Shown piece after piece: positions 48,501 to 59,557 of a stretch of 64,000 bases of DNA; within the stretch, counting starts at the first letter, position 1; every line of letters starts with the position of its first letter. The translations under genes were made by a program, and so were the position numbers. Origin of the DNA: Neophaeotheca triangularis (lineage: Eukaryota); contig BAAIJX010000004.1 of the NCBI GenBank assembly GCA_054600435.1, positions 372,001 through 436,000 of the forward strand. Direction: 5' to 3'. A model generated the notes under the pieces. The model ran no database searches. It had not been told where the DNA came from and worked only from the letters and a program-made list of their open reading frames with translations.

Positions 48501-49074
48501 GGTGTTTCAGCCTCTTCTTCTGGGCCTTGAGTGTGTCCTGTTTCCGGAAGAGGTCGAGGTGGGTCAAGATGCCAAAGATGTTTCCGGGCATGCCTGTCGA
48601 AGAGAGGACGTTCAAGAACTCCATCGTCTCCATCTCGAAGCCATAGTTCCCATCAATCATCAAAAGTACGATGTCAACGACTTTGGCAAGATCGATTGCC
48701 GAGGCCAGACTGTCGCTGGGCGACTCGATAAAGGTCAAGCGCCTCCGTTTACTAGTGACAATGGTGATGGGTCCCGCTGGCTGAGAAATTGTCTGCTTCG
48801 TGTACCGCCTGACCAAGCTCTTGATCAAGGTCGTCTTACCGACACCTGGTGGGCCCACGACTCCAACAACGAAGGGCGGAGCTTCTTCTGGCAGTCGATC
48901 GACCAACGGAACGTGCAGTCGCTTTTCCTTGACATCGTGACTACGCGAGGCCTGCTTTGCCAAACGACCCGGCGCTGCATATGCAAAGGCTTTTGGATTC
49001 GGTTGACCTTTGGTCGGAGCCTTTTTCTCCTTGGTAGGCCGATGAGCGCGATGCGATTGCTCTTCGCCCGCCAT
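45562..49074 (-). CDS. BMS1: Ribosome biogenesis GTPase Bms1
   Basis: Contains [16 protein letters not shown], the P-loop [14 protein letters not shown], an acidic middle and [29 protein letters not shown]. Confidence 0.97.
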   Translation of the reverse strand: [1170 protein letters not shown]

Positions 49075-49528
49075 GATTGTTCGAATTCGCTTCACTGAGC
49101 AGGCTGGTGTATGACACGGGGCCTGTACAGAAGTCCAAAGACGGATCACTTGAGACGGCAAAGCTCTGGAAAAGTTCCCAAACCGCCAAGAGTTCGACAG
49201 TGCAAGCTCCAAAGATTCATCTTATCTTCCCAATCATCTTATCATGCCGGCCCCGGCCGTCTTATCTACCCTCGAGGCTTCCAACGTCACCCCGCATAGT
49301 TCTGGACTCGATCAGGAGGGTCACAAGGCAATCATCCCACCTTAGTAGGAGAAGATAGCTCACTGCCTAACTTATCTCAAGTACCTCCTATCTATTCATC
49401 ACAACTCCCACCCTCTCCTTTCCTCCACTATTGTTCCTCCCCCCCACCACAAACGCCTTCTCCAAAACAGCAAAAACGCAACCATACTCCGCCCATTCCG
49501 CCGCTTCAGCACCCTCGGCAACCTCAAA

Positions 49529-49879
49529 ATGCCCGCCATCAACGTCTCACTGAAAGAAGGCGCCAGCGCCGAGCAACTCGAAGCGTACGTCCTGCCCAGC
49601 GCCGACCCAAACCCCAAACACCCTTCCGAGCTAACAAGCAACCCCAGCGCAAAGAAGCAATGCACCGAGCAAGGCGGCAAGATCACAAAAGAGTTCACGC
49701 TGGTCAAGGGCTTCACGTGCGTTTTATAACAAACCCACTCCCTCCGTTGCTCAAGCATGCCTGGTTGGCTTGCTGATTGTTTCTTTTGCAGAGCCGAGTT
49801 CCCCGCCGACAAGGTGCACTCGCTTTCGTCCAACGAGCATATTGACGTCGAGAATGATGGGGAGATGAAGGCTTTGTAG
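49529..49879 (+). CDS. Small peptidase inhibitor I9 / subtilisin-propeptide-like protein (POIA1/Pbi2-like), 70 aa
   Basis: Splicing introns 49585-49647 and 49717-49791 gives MPAINVSLKEGASAEQLEAAKKQCTEQGGKITKEFTLVKGFTAEFPADKVHSLSSNEHIDVENDGEMKAL. Confidence 0.82.
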
Positions 49880-50187
49880 AGGGAAGAGACGTATGGCATG
49901 GCATGGTATGGTCGGATCTGCTCGATGAATTGGGGCATGTTGATGACGAAGATGACGCTGCATCCCAGCTTGATGAGATAATGCCGGATTGGTGTATACA
50001 TGTTGATACCCCAGTGCTCTCTTTGATACTCTGCTTGTTCGCATTACAGCTCTGCTGCCGACACCTACGTCTAGCAGCACGAAAGCTGCAATCTCCTAGG
50101 CCCTCGCTGTGACAAAATTTTAGATCTTCACATATACACAATGACACGGGCTTTTTTCGTCAACCTGCAAACATTTCTGGCCCTTAT

Positions 50188-52158
50188 CTACCCAACCAAC
50201 GCCGCCTTAGCCCCAGGATACTTGCCCTCAGGCCCATCTAGATGTGCATCCAACACAGCACAAGTCCCGCTCTGCACAGCTTTGACAGCTTCCGGCAAAA
50301 GCGTCTCAAGGTCCTCGGCGGTACCAGCTGTGCCCGTCCAGCATTTACCTCCAGCCGCCGCCTTTGCGATGCCAGCATAATCTGGAGTCGGCGCAAAAGA
50401 AATGTTAAGAGCCTCGTTGTTGACCTTGGAACCCTGGCCGTCGGGGTGGACGAGGAGGAGGGACTTTCGTGGCGCGTTCCAACCTTGAGAATCTTTGTTA
50501 GTAACCAGACATGGTAAAGTGAAGGCATAGATAGAGGTGAGTGCAGACATACCTTGGTTGTTGAGCACAATTGTCAGGATCGGGATGTTGTACCTCTGTG
50601 CCACCCAGTAGACGCTACCGGGCACGCTGAACAGGTAGGTTCCGTCTCCGACAATCTGGCAGACAAACTTGCCCTTGTTGTTGCCGCCGCACATTGCATC
50701 CGTCGCGAGTTTGATGCCCAGCGCTCCGCCGCCGGACCAGCCGAGACCGCCGCCACCGCAGTTGATCCACGAACCGGGCAGTTTAGCCTGTATTTGGTCG
50801 GCTACGAAGGGGGTATTGGTCACTGCCTCGATGGCCCAGATGGTGTCTTCGGGGCAAGCTTTGCGGAGCTGGCTGACGAGGTAGGACGCTGCGTAGGTGC
50901 CGTCTTCGCTTGGTTTGGCTTGCGATGCGATAGTCTGCAGCTTCTCTTTGTACTGCTTTTCTCTCGCCTCAGCCCTCTGCTTAGCCTCCTCGCTCGAAAC
51001 ACGATCTTGCATGGTGGTTTTTATGTGACGAGATATCTGCGAAATGGCCGTCTCGGCATCAGCGCGGTAGCGAGCAATGGCGTTGATGTAAAAGACCGGC
51101 ATTTGCTGCTTGAGCGGATCCACATCGATGTGCACAATCTTAGCGTCGTCTCTAGGCTTGCACTGGGTTGGTATCCAGGGCACGTCGCAGTCAAGGACGA
51201 GGATAACGTCAGCGCTCTTGATGGCTGGGTCCACACCGTACCGACATCCAAGCCACGCGGGGTGATCTGCCGGGAAGCACATGTCACAGCCTCCCGTATC
51301 TAGCACTCGAAGATTCTTGACCGTATCCGCAAGCTCGACAAGCGCGTTGACGCAATTGTGATTTCTGCCACTGTAGCCAGTAATAAGAAGTGGCTCCTTC
51401 GCTCCAGCCAGCAGCTCGGAAACGCTCTGAAGCTGCTTGTTGGTCAAGCCTCCAAGCTCAATGGGGTTCCAATGATTCTGGTCGAGTTTGTACGGCTCGA
51501 TATCCTCTTCCATGGCCTCTCTTGCGCCCATCAGGTACACCGGCCCTCGCGGCTCACTCATCGCGAAGCTAAGAGCTCGGTTGACGAGCTGTTTTGTGTT
51601 CTTTCCACGCTTGATCTCTCCGACATAGCGGCAATACTGAGCTACAACCTGTTTCTGGTCTGGCACGTCCTGAATCCAGTGGATGTACTCCGTCCTCGAG
51701 CCCCGGTACTCGCCCTCGGTGGTGTACGGACTCAGGCCGGCGAAGATGAGGATGGGAGCTCTGCCGGCGCTTGCGTTGTGTACGGCAGCTCCTAAGCCTT
51801 GCGTACCCACATCGACGTGGACAATGACAGCTTGGGGCTTGTTGGTGAGGCGTGCGTAACCGTCGGCCATTGACAAGGCCACCCTGGGTCTTGTCAGCAG
51901 GTGCGGGCGTGCTTCTCAAGGGGGACTCTGTACATTTCATTGGGAACAGTGATGATACGAGGGAAATTGCCTCCTTTCTCATTCTGGCCCTTGACTATGG
52001 CCTCGATGATGCTAGGGTGGTCGGAGCCGAGATTGACAAAGCAGTGGGTTACGCCGGCCTAGTAGCTGGAGTCAGGTCGGTGGAAGGCTTGGAATGCCAT
52101 GTTGTCGACGCCTTACCTCCCATAGCGCCTCGAAAAAGGCGAATGAAGCTGTGTACAT
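50188..52158 (-). CDS. Thiamine pyrophosphate-dependent enzyme (acetolactate synthase / benzoylformate decarboxylase-like)
   Basis: MYTASFAFFEALWE|AGVTHCFVNLGSDHP, PNEMVALSMADGYAR and the TPP motif GDGTYLFS...LNNQGWN. Three introns, including 50484-50552. Confidence 0.9.
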
Positions 52159-52644
52159 TCTGCTGGTGGCTTCACGAGGTCGTGTGAGGGCTGAAGTGGG
52201 GGAAGGTCTGCTTGCGAGAAGGAAAGGCTAGAGGTCGAGATTGAAAGATTGCTCACGAAAGAGGTCAACATGAGCAGATATGTACTTTACTTACAGTCAC
52301 CTCTAGATGCAGTGGATACGGCGATAATTCCGGTTCATGTCTGAGGGGACTCGAGGGTCGTCACGGCACGACTTTCAATTCCTTCCCAGGGTAAACACCA
52401 AAGCATTCCCCGCCATTGAACCCCACTCAACCCACCCCACTACGCCCACGTTGACGGAAAGCTTCCGCCGTCGTCCGGCTGCGACGCCGAGCATTGACTG
52501 CTCTCTGAGCCATGAAGAATGTCAAATGCCGAAGAGCACACTTGCGATAAACAAAGAATCAAAAAGCAGCAGAAAAGGTCTATCTTCTCACAAAAGCCAC
52601 CATGCCAGCTCGCTTGAAGACCCGTCTGTCTCTGTCGACGGACC

Positions 52645-55600
52645 TCACAGCCACGACTCCAGCAATCCCCCCAAAACCCCCACAAGCCCCTCAATAGCAT
52701 CCAACTCCTGCTCTAAACGCGCCCTCACCCACTCCCCAACCGCATCCTCCTCATTTGCAATCCGCTTAAGCACAGCCCTCAAAGCCTCCCCACCACCCTC
52801 TACAAGCACACGACCCAGTATATCCCCGTCAATGTGCATATCCTCCTCAGGCTGGGAAAAGGCATGCATCGGTATCTCAGCCCCCTCAACCGACAACCCA
52901 ATCGGCAGGGAGCGTGGACGCGTTTCATTCGTGCCTTCGGCTCTATACTCGGGTGACTGGAAATTATGCGGTGACAGTTCCTCGCTGCGTTCTATCAGTC
53001 TCTGCAGCCAGAAGAGTTTTCGCCAGAGTGCTTCGTCGAGGATCGAGATGCCTAGGAGTCGGCCGTCGGTTGTAGAGCCTAGGACTGCGTCTCTGACTAT
53101 TCCCGTAGGAGGTTGGCTCTTCCAGGGTGGCCGGATGTTGCCTTGTCTCAGGCGGGTAAGGGAGGCGGGGAGTCGCGCCAATGCAGTGATGGCGGCGCCG
53201 GTGCTGTGGACTCGGTCTGTCTCTGACGTTTCCAATGCAGGCGATGCCAGTGCTACCATTTCGGCGTGTTTGGTGGAAAGTAGAGCCAGCTTTTTGGGAC
53301 TCGTCGTGGTTGATACGCCGGGGAAATCGACGCTCAGATGGCTGATGGCGTTCGCGGCCCTGGGCGCCATACACGCCGGCGCCAACTTTAGGCGCAACCC
53401 GTCGCCATCGCCCTGTCCATCTACACAGGCCCCCTTCTTCGAACACCTGAGCACCACGAGTGAATCCGCCAGCGTTGAAATGTATATCAAGTTCTTCTCG
53501 ACAGTCACTTGAACGCCAGGCGAAGCGATCGGGTAAGGCTCGCATGGTTGCTCCCATTTCATCGTCTCGGTGTCGATCCGAAAGAGATGCACGAGACTGC
53601 CGGAGCAAGCCACGAAAGTAAGCTTGTCGTATAACGCCAGCGCATAGACGGGACTGTCAAGCCTGAGCTCCCTACCCTCTTTGACACTGACGATGTCCCA
53701 ATTTTGGAAGCTCGCCTGTAGGAAAGTGATTTTGCCGCGTATAGTGCCGCTCTTGCTGACTCTTGTGCTGCCCACCATGATGAAGCTGTAGACTTTGTTA
53801 TCGCTGTTCGTGATGGTCCAGTCGAGTAGACTGAACACGCGCTCGCCCGGTTGGAAGGAGAAAGTGTGGGACGAGGCGGCGCTGCGTGATGGTATGAAAT
53901 CAATTGTTGGCCAGATTTGACGTCGCTCTTCGGGTGGTGCTTGGGATCGTTGAGAGGGAAAAGAGCGGACGTCTGTGGTCAAGGAAGCGCAGACAATACA
54001 GCGCTGTTGCTCGGCGTACAGGAGGCGGTTGGGCGTGCCGCTCACGCTGATCTGGCGCGGTACTGTTGAGGGGCTTTCGTCGAGTTTGACAACCAAGATC
54101 TCATCGCCGGAGAGCATAGCCGTCAAACTGGCCAGTTCAGACACGGCAAGTATATCGGCAGGTGGCAAGCGAGCACAGCTAACCACGGGTCCTTGAAGTA
54201 GCTCCGGCCGTTCTTTGTCTGTGATCCATACACTTTCCACTGTCATGTCACTAGCAGACGGACCCTCCCATGTGATTCTGCACACATCGGTCCCTCCCAT
54301 CGCATAGACCGTCGAAACATCACCACGAAGCTGATCGAGCTTGACAGTGCTGCTGCAAAAGTCCAGGGCGTGGCTGTCGACAAAGTCTAGTCGGCCTTTC
54401 GTGGACAACGAAGTCGAGTATAGTCTTCCATCGCGAAGTCCGCAGACCACGAGCAATGTGTGGCCAAGTCTGTCAGAATTATTGCCCGGAACAATGCAAA
54501 TGCTATCCGCTACAGCAGGGGCGTCTCCAGTGCTGGTCATCTTGTGACTCGCTACCGGTTTGGTTACACCTTCAGAGTCGACGCTGAAAACTTCCAGAGT
54601 AGCATCGAGGGTTGCAACAACGATGACCATGCTTCCGTTGCCGCAGTGAGTGGCAACCGACACCGGCTCCGATCGTAAAGGGGACCTCGGAAGGTCTTGG
54701 AAGGTGTTGATCTGATCACTCCAATCGTCCTGGCCATCGACATCATGGCCCAATACAACGAGATCAAATGGCTCAGTAAAGCCTTCCCTGCGCTCCAAAA
54801 CGGCAACCGCATTAGTAGAAGGATCGCAAGCTGCAGCAATGAGTTGTGAGTTTCCGATGCACACGGCTTTGGTAGTGTCTTCGAAGTTCTCGACCATACT
54901 GGCGGTGAGACAGATAGAGTTGGTGGTAATTTGCAACAACAGACCAGTACTGATCGTGGTTGCAATCAGTGTTCGATTCTCCAGGTCAAACGCGGTAGCT
55001 TCGGCAGCAATTTCTTCAATATCAGACTGGAAATCCGCTTCAGCATGCAGCAAACGCGTGCGCACAGGTCCAGAAAGTAGTACTAGCAATGTGCCGCCAT
55101 GTTCTGCGAGAATGTACAAGTCGTTGGCTTGCCTAAAGCCCTCGTCGTCGAAGTACGCGGTCAAGCGCGCTTCGATGCCTCTGCGAAGCTCAGTGACGGC
55201 TCCGAATGGCTGCTTGCCGGAAGTGACAAAGACACCATCCCGAGACCTGACAGATTTACTGCTCGCTTGCGGCAAGCTTGATACTACCATGTCAGTGACG
55301 GAAGCCCAGTTCGGAATCAGCTCGATAAGGTTGGGGGCCATGCTTTCAGCTCGGGTCATGCCGCCAAGAGGTCGTGTCGTAGGGAAACGGCCGATAGACA
55401 CGACACGACCCGAACTCATATCACCCGCCGCGGCCAGAATGTCCGGGTCTTGGGAGTCGCCGAGTGAAGCAAAGGCTGTCCCGATATGACAATGAAGCTC
55501 ACCTGCGTCTGCGCAGTCCAGGCGGATCTGCCGGGTCCCGGGTGTGTTTGTGGCTATTATCAGGAAAGCTTTTCCGTCCTCTCGAGCAAGGTAGAAGTAG

Positions 55601-56646
55601 TCCGCCTGGGCTTGGGCTGACGCATTCCTCCTTGGCCTGCACCAGCTTGCCCACATTGGGTATCTCGATGAACAGCCCGGGTAGAGCGGAGGGGGCTCAT
55701 CCTGGAGCCGAAGGACGGTTTGTGCAGTAGCAGCCCCTGAAAGGACATTCTTGTAAATGACGCCGTCGTTGCCGTTGACAAGAAGAAAGTTTGCGTTTCG
55801 GAGCGGGATGAGTAAGCCCTTGTGATTCTTTGCCGCACTGAGTGTTTGTGGCGCAAATGCGTGGGCATGGTGAATGTCTTCTTTGTGCTGCCACTCGATA
55901 CGTATTGCTTTGGTCTTTCCACCATCGACCACGATCAGGAGGAGTATGACATGATTGGAATCGTCGGGAGGAGGCAACAGGAAGTCGGCGTGCTGTATGA
56001 CCCCTTGGACTTTCAGTGGGCGCCATGCCGATACGGGGCACCAGTTTGCATCCGCTGTTTTGAGTTGGCTCTTGATTTGGTCATTGGCCTTTGCCGAGTA
56101 AATGACGACCTCGTTTTCATCTGCTGCAACTGCTAATGCGCGGGAGAAGGGGTCGACGGCAAGATGTTGCCCGGGCTGCCAGAGTGTCCTTGGGAACGTC
56201 GGCAAAGGGACGCCTTGGTGCACGAAGCGTGCTTCGCCATTGACAATTTTGAGATAGATGAAAATCAAATCGTTAGTGTCAAGGGTGAGGACAAGTAACT
56301 GTGGTGGTGCTCCGGTACAACTCGAATCCTCTTCCTTGATAACGATGTCGTCCTCTGGGATTGGCTCGTTATCGCTGACGTTGAATACTTTGGCTGCTCT
56401 GATATTGGCGTCGAAATCGGTCTTGGTAGCGACATGGTGAAGATGCCCGCCCTCCTTGACTTGCTTGACGTGGATGAAACGATCGCCAACGAAGACGAGA
56501 TCGTTCAAAGTCTGATGTCTCAGTCGAACATGCAGGATATAGTGAATGACCGGGCTTTGCAAGACAGTCCTGGTAAGAATAGCCATCTTGGAAGGCGTGT
56601 CTCGTCTCGCACCCGGTGGCAAGGATGCTGCCCCGATTGCAGCCAT
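52645..56646 (-). CDS. Mms1/DDB1/CPSF-A-like beta-propeller protein
   Basis: About 1330 aa and beta-rich, with ILTRTVLQSPVI, PGQHLAVDPFSRALAVAA, IPNWASVTDM, GAVTELRRGIEA and HIDGDILGRV. The start codon is uncertain. Confidence 0.75.
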   Translation of the reverse strand: MAAIGAASLPPGARRDTPSKMAILTRTVLQSPVIHYILHVRLRHQTLNDLVFVGDRFIHVKQVKEGGHLHHVATKTDFDANIRAAKVFNVSDNEPIPEDDIVIKEEDSSCTGAPPQLLVLTLDTNDLIFIYLKIVNGEARFVHQGVPLPTFPRTLWQPGQHLAVDPFSRALAVAADENEVVIYSAKANDQIKSQLKTADANWCPVSAWRPLKVQGVIQHADFLLPPPDDSNHVILLLIVVDGGKTKAIRIEWQHKEDIHHAHAFAPQTLSAAKNHKGLLIPLRNANFLLVNGNDGVIYKNVLSGAATAQTVLRLQDEPPPLYPGCSSRYPMWASWCRPRRNASAQAQADYFYLAREDGKAFLIIATNTPGTRQIRLDCADAGELHCHIGTAFASLGDSQDPDILAAAGDMSSGRVVSIGRFPTTRPLGGMTRAESMAPNLIELIPNWASVTDMVVSSLPQASSKSVRSRDGVFVTSGKQPFGAVTELRRGIEARLTAYFDDEGFRQANDLYILAEHGGTLLVLLSGPVRTRLLHAEADFQSDIEEIAAEATAFDLENRTLIATTISTGLLLQITTNSICLTASMVENFEDTTKAVCIGNSQLIAAACDPSTNAVAVLERREGFTEPFDLVVLGHDVDGQDDWSDQINTFQDLPRSPLRSEPVSVATHCGNGSMVIVVATLDATLEVFSVDSEGVTKPVASHKMTSTGDAPAVADSICIVPGNNSDRLGHTLLVVCGLRDGRLYSTSLSTKGRLDFVDSHALDFCSSTVKLDQLRGDVSTVYAMGGTDVCRITWEGPSASDMTVESVWITDKERPELLQGPVVSCARLPPADILAVSELASLTAMLSGDEILVVKLDESPSTVPRQISVSGTPNRLLYAEQQRCIVCASLTTDVRSFPSQRSQAPPEERRQIWPTIDFIPSRSAASSHTFSFQPGERVFSLLDWTITNSDNKVYSFIMVGSTRVSKSGTIRGKITFLQASFQNWDIVSVKEGRELRLDSPVYALALYDKLTFVACSGSLVHLFRIDTETMKWEQPCEPYPIASPGVQVTVEKNLIYISTLADSLVVLRCSKKGACVDGQGDGDGLRLKLAPACMAPRAANAISHLSVDFPGVSTTTSPKKLALLSTKHAEMVALASPALETSETDRVHSTGAAITALARLPASLTRLRQGNIRPPWKSQPPTGIVRDAVLGSTTDGRLLGISILDEALWRKLFWLQRLIERSEELSPHNFQSPEYRAEGTNETRPRSLPIGLSVEGAEIPMHAFSQPEEDMHIDGDILGRVLVEGGGEALRAVLKRIANEEDAVGEWVRARLEQELDAIEGLVGVLGGLLESWL

Positions 56647-57645
56647 CACGTGATCATGTCTCTCGACTGCACTCGTTGGGGTCCAGTGGGCAGATGGTGG
56701 GGGGGAGGACGTGTAAGGATAGGCTCGAGCAGGATTGCGTTATGAAATGGCGGAGGGTTGAGTAAGGTAGGAGGTGAATGAGAGATTGAGGCGAAAGCCA
56801 CCTGCACACAGCAGCGGCCGAGTCAAACGCCGAACAATGTCAGTCCAGTGCAGTCGGGCCATATGTACCTACTTAGTTAGTAGTGATGACTACCTAACCT
56901 AGGTAAGGTAGCTCTCGCGCGAGAAGAGTGAAGGGCAAAAGCTTTTGGGCAAGACGATGATCCAGTATGCAGCCAAGCTAATGCAGTGCCATGTCGGGCA
57001 AGAGAAAGAGTTTCGAAAAAAGGGGGAAAAAAGACGGAAGAAGGGTGATGATTGGACTGGGTGATAAGTACAAGTGGTAAATGACTCTCAGTAGAAGAGA
57101 TGAGGTGGGGGATTTTTGGGATGTGATAAGTGTCAAGGATGTCTGCGAGCGGCTCCTACGGGATCGACCGTGACGACGATGCTGGTAGTAGGTAGGTAGG
57201 TATATGTAGTACCTTAACTAGTAAGTACATACAGAGTAGTATGGCGAAACAAAAAGAAAAAAAAGAAAAGGAAGGTTGGAAGCTGTTGGCATAGCTAGGA
57301 AAAGTGACGAATCAAATTTCAAGCAGCAGTAGCAGCACCTAGGCAGTCGTTTCCTATTGCGAAAATGGAAGGCTGCAGCTTCCCTGGTCCTTGATTGAGC
57401 TGCAGGGAAAAAAGAGTACTACTGTATGTACTACCTACAGTAGGTACTAGTAGTTATGTACGTATAATAACCAAGGTAAGGTATACTAGTAGGTACAGTA
57501 GGTATTGGGTGACTAGTCGGAGCGAGGACGAGCGGCGAGGTGGCTTCAGGTTACGCCTCCGACCTCAGCCTGGCTATCGCTGCAAGTGTGAGGATGCAAG
57601 GGATCATGTCCTACATGTACTACTATTAGATACTACTATTAGGTG

Positions 57646-57712
57646 TACTACTACTACTACTACTACTACTATTACTATTACTACCACTACCACTACCACT
57701 ACATACTACTAT
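57646..57712. repeat. Imperfect (TAC/TAT/CAC)n trinucleotide repeat
   Basis: Read directly from the sequence. Confidence 0.9.
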
Positions 57713-57887
57713 TACACACATCATTCCCAACACTCTGGCATAACGCACGCCTCGTGCCATCCTCTCGGTCCTTGCCAGCCCGGCCAATCAATCCCACTTC
57801 TCTCCCTACCCAACACACCCCTCTCGTCCTAACATCTCCGCATCACGATCCACTCATACCTACTACTCCTCCACCACCACCACAAAC

Positions 57888-59345
57888 ATGACTCTGATGA
57901 CCGGTGATGATGCCGACAAAGATGAAAAGACGCGCACCGTTCTGGCCGCCTGCAGAGACTGCGACTGGGCCCAACTTCGCCAACTCGCTTCCTCACCCGC
58001 TGGTTTTGTAGACGATCAAGTCCGCCGTACTGCTTGTAGGTGCATCTACCTCACCCCCACCCATCGACTCCCTCTTTCCACCACTCTTTTCCCGCTTAGG
58101 CGACTCTCATTATTGCTGACTTGTTGTTGACTGTTCCAGGGCCTACCCTCCTGGGTTGCAGTGACCAAGACCGACTCAACCCATCTCCACACTTGGCTGC
58201 CCTCGATCGTCACAGGGAAGAAGACCAGGTCGACTTGGACGTGAATCGAAGCTTCGTCTACTATCCATCTGGTATGCTTGATCGAGGCCTGCTTGCTGCC
58301 TTCTGCCTCCAGACTTGGACGCAGCCGCTCGCCTTGACGCTGACGCCGACCGACAGATGAGACTGAAAAGCAGATAGACGTCCGCAAGAAGGAGCTTTCA
58401 CATGTCATCACCACTGTGTTGAGGCGCCATCCCGCTCTCTCCTACTTCCAAGGCTACCATGATATCGTGCAAGTCCTCCTGCTTGTGTTGGGCGCCGACG
58501 CAGCTGTGCCCGCTGTGGCTCGGCTTTCGCTGCTGCGCATCCGGGATTTTATGCTACCAACCATGACCGGGGCACTGTCCCATCTTCATCTGCTTCCCTC
58601 CATTCTGTACGCAGAGGACCCCGTGTTGTACAAACACTTGTCTCAAACTCAGCCTTTCTTCGCCCTCGCAGCTACCCTGACACTGTACGCCCACGATATC
58701 CAAGAATATGGAGACATTGCAAGGCTTTTTGACTTTCTATTGGCCAACGAAGCCGTTGTGTCCATCTACTTGTTTGTCGTCGTAAGCAGCAACCATTTCG
58801 GTGTATCATAAAGACTGCCGCTAACTATAACCTTGCAGGTTGTCATTTCTCGAAAGGAGGAATTGCTAGACATTGAAGCCGACGAGCCGGAAATGCTCCA
58901 TTCAGTTCTGTCAAAATTGCCGAAGCCACTTGACCTTGAGGGCCTAATTCAGCGTACAACATTCCTTTTCGAGCGGCACCCGCCTCAGAGCTTGCCGAAT
59001 CGGGCATGGTCACGCGTATCACAATACAGCGTGCTCAAAACAACACGAAATCCCCAAACTCTTTCTAGTCAGACGCTAGCAGACGGTGAGAAACTGTTAG
59101 AACAACAAGCAGCCGAGATCCGAAGACAAGAAACTCGGCAACGGATGGTTGAACGGGCCAGTCGACTTGTACAACAATATGGTCGGCCCGCCGCAGGAGC
59201 GACACTTGCCGTGGTGATAGCCATTGTGTCGGTCTATCTCAACAGGAAAGGGGTGCAACCTCAGTCTCTCAACTGGGCTTATGCCCTTCAGACGATCCGA
59301 CAACAGACAGAGGCAGTATCGCGCCTCGTTCAGCGTTTGTGGTAA
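57888..59345 (+). CDS. TBC-domain Rab GTPase-activating protein (TBC1D20/Gyp8-like)
   Basis: Contains DQVDLDVNRSF, LSYFQGYHDIVQV, LLRIRDFM and a C-terminal hydrophobic segment. Introns at about 58036-58139, 58272-58356 and 58782-58838. Confidence 0.88.
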
Positions 59346-59557
59346 TTCGAGGGCTAATTATATCATTATACTGGTACGACGCTGGTAGACGACCCTGCAT
59401 TGCCAATTCACATATACCTACCCTGGCGCAGATCTACCAGACGGTCGGAGAAGTCGGGGAAGCACGTTGCACCGTGGGCAGGAACCAAAAGAATTTTTTA
59501 CATGTCTCCGGCAGCTGCATCTTCGATCCCAACGGCGAAGCTCACCGCTCCCGCCAT

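Noticed and set aside
10642..50552. Five stop-free 3n introns (RhoGAP x2, OGT, I9 inhibitor, TPP enzyme)
   Set aside because: Five of roughly two dozen short introns is not clearly above chance.
51880..52340. TPP riboswitch near the TPP-dependent enzyme gene
   Set aside because: I saw no recognisable aptamer motifs, and the introns are too short.
52337..53512. 391-aa plus-strand ORF
   Set aside because: It is largely antisense to the Mms1-like gene, Ser-rich and without motifs, so it is probably a shadow ORF.
57395..57891. Poly-Thr and poly-Tyr ORFs
   Set aside because: They are artefacts of the (TAC)n repeat.
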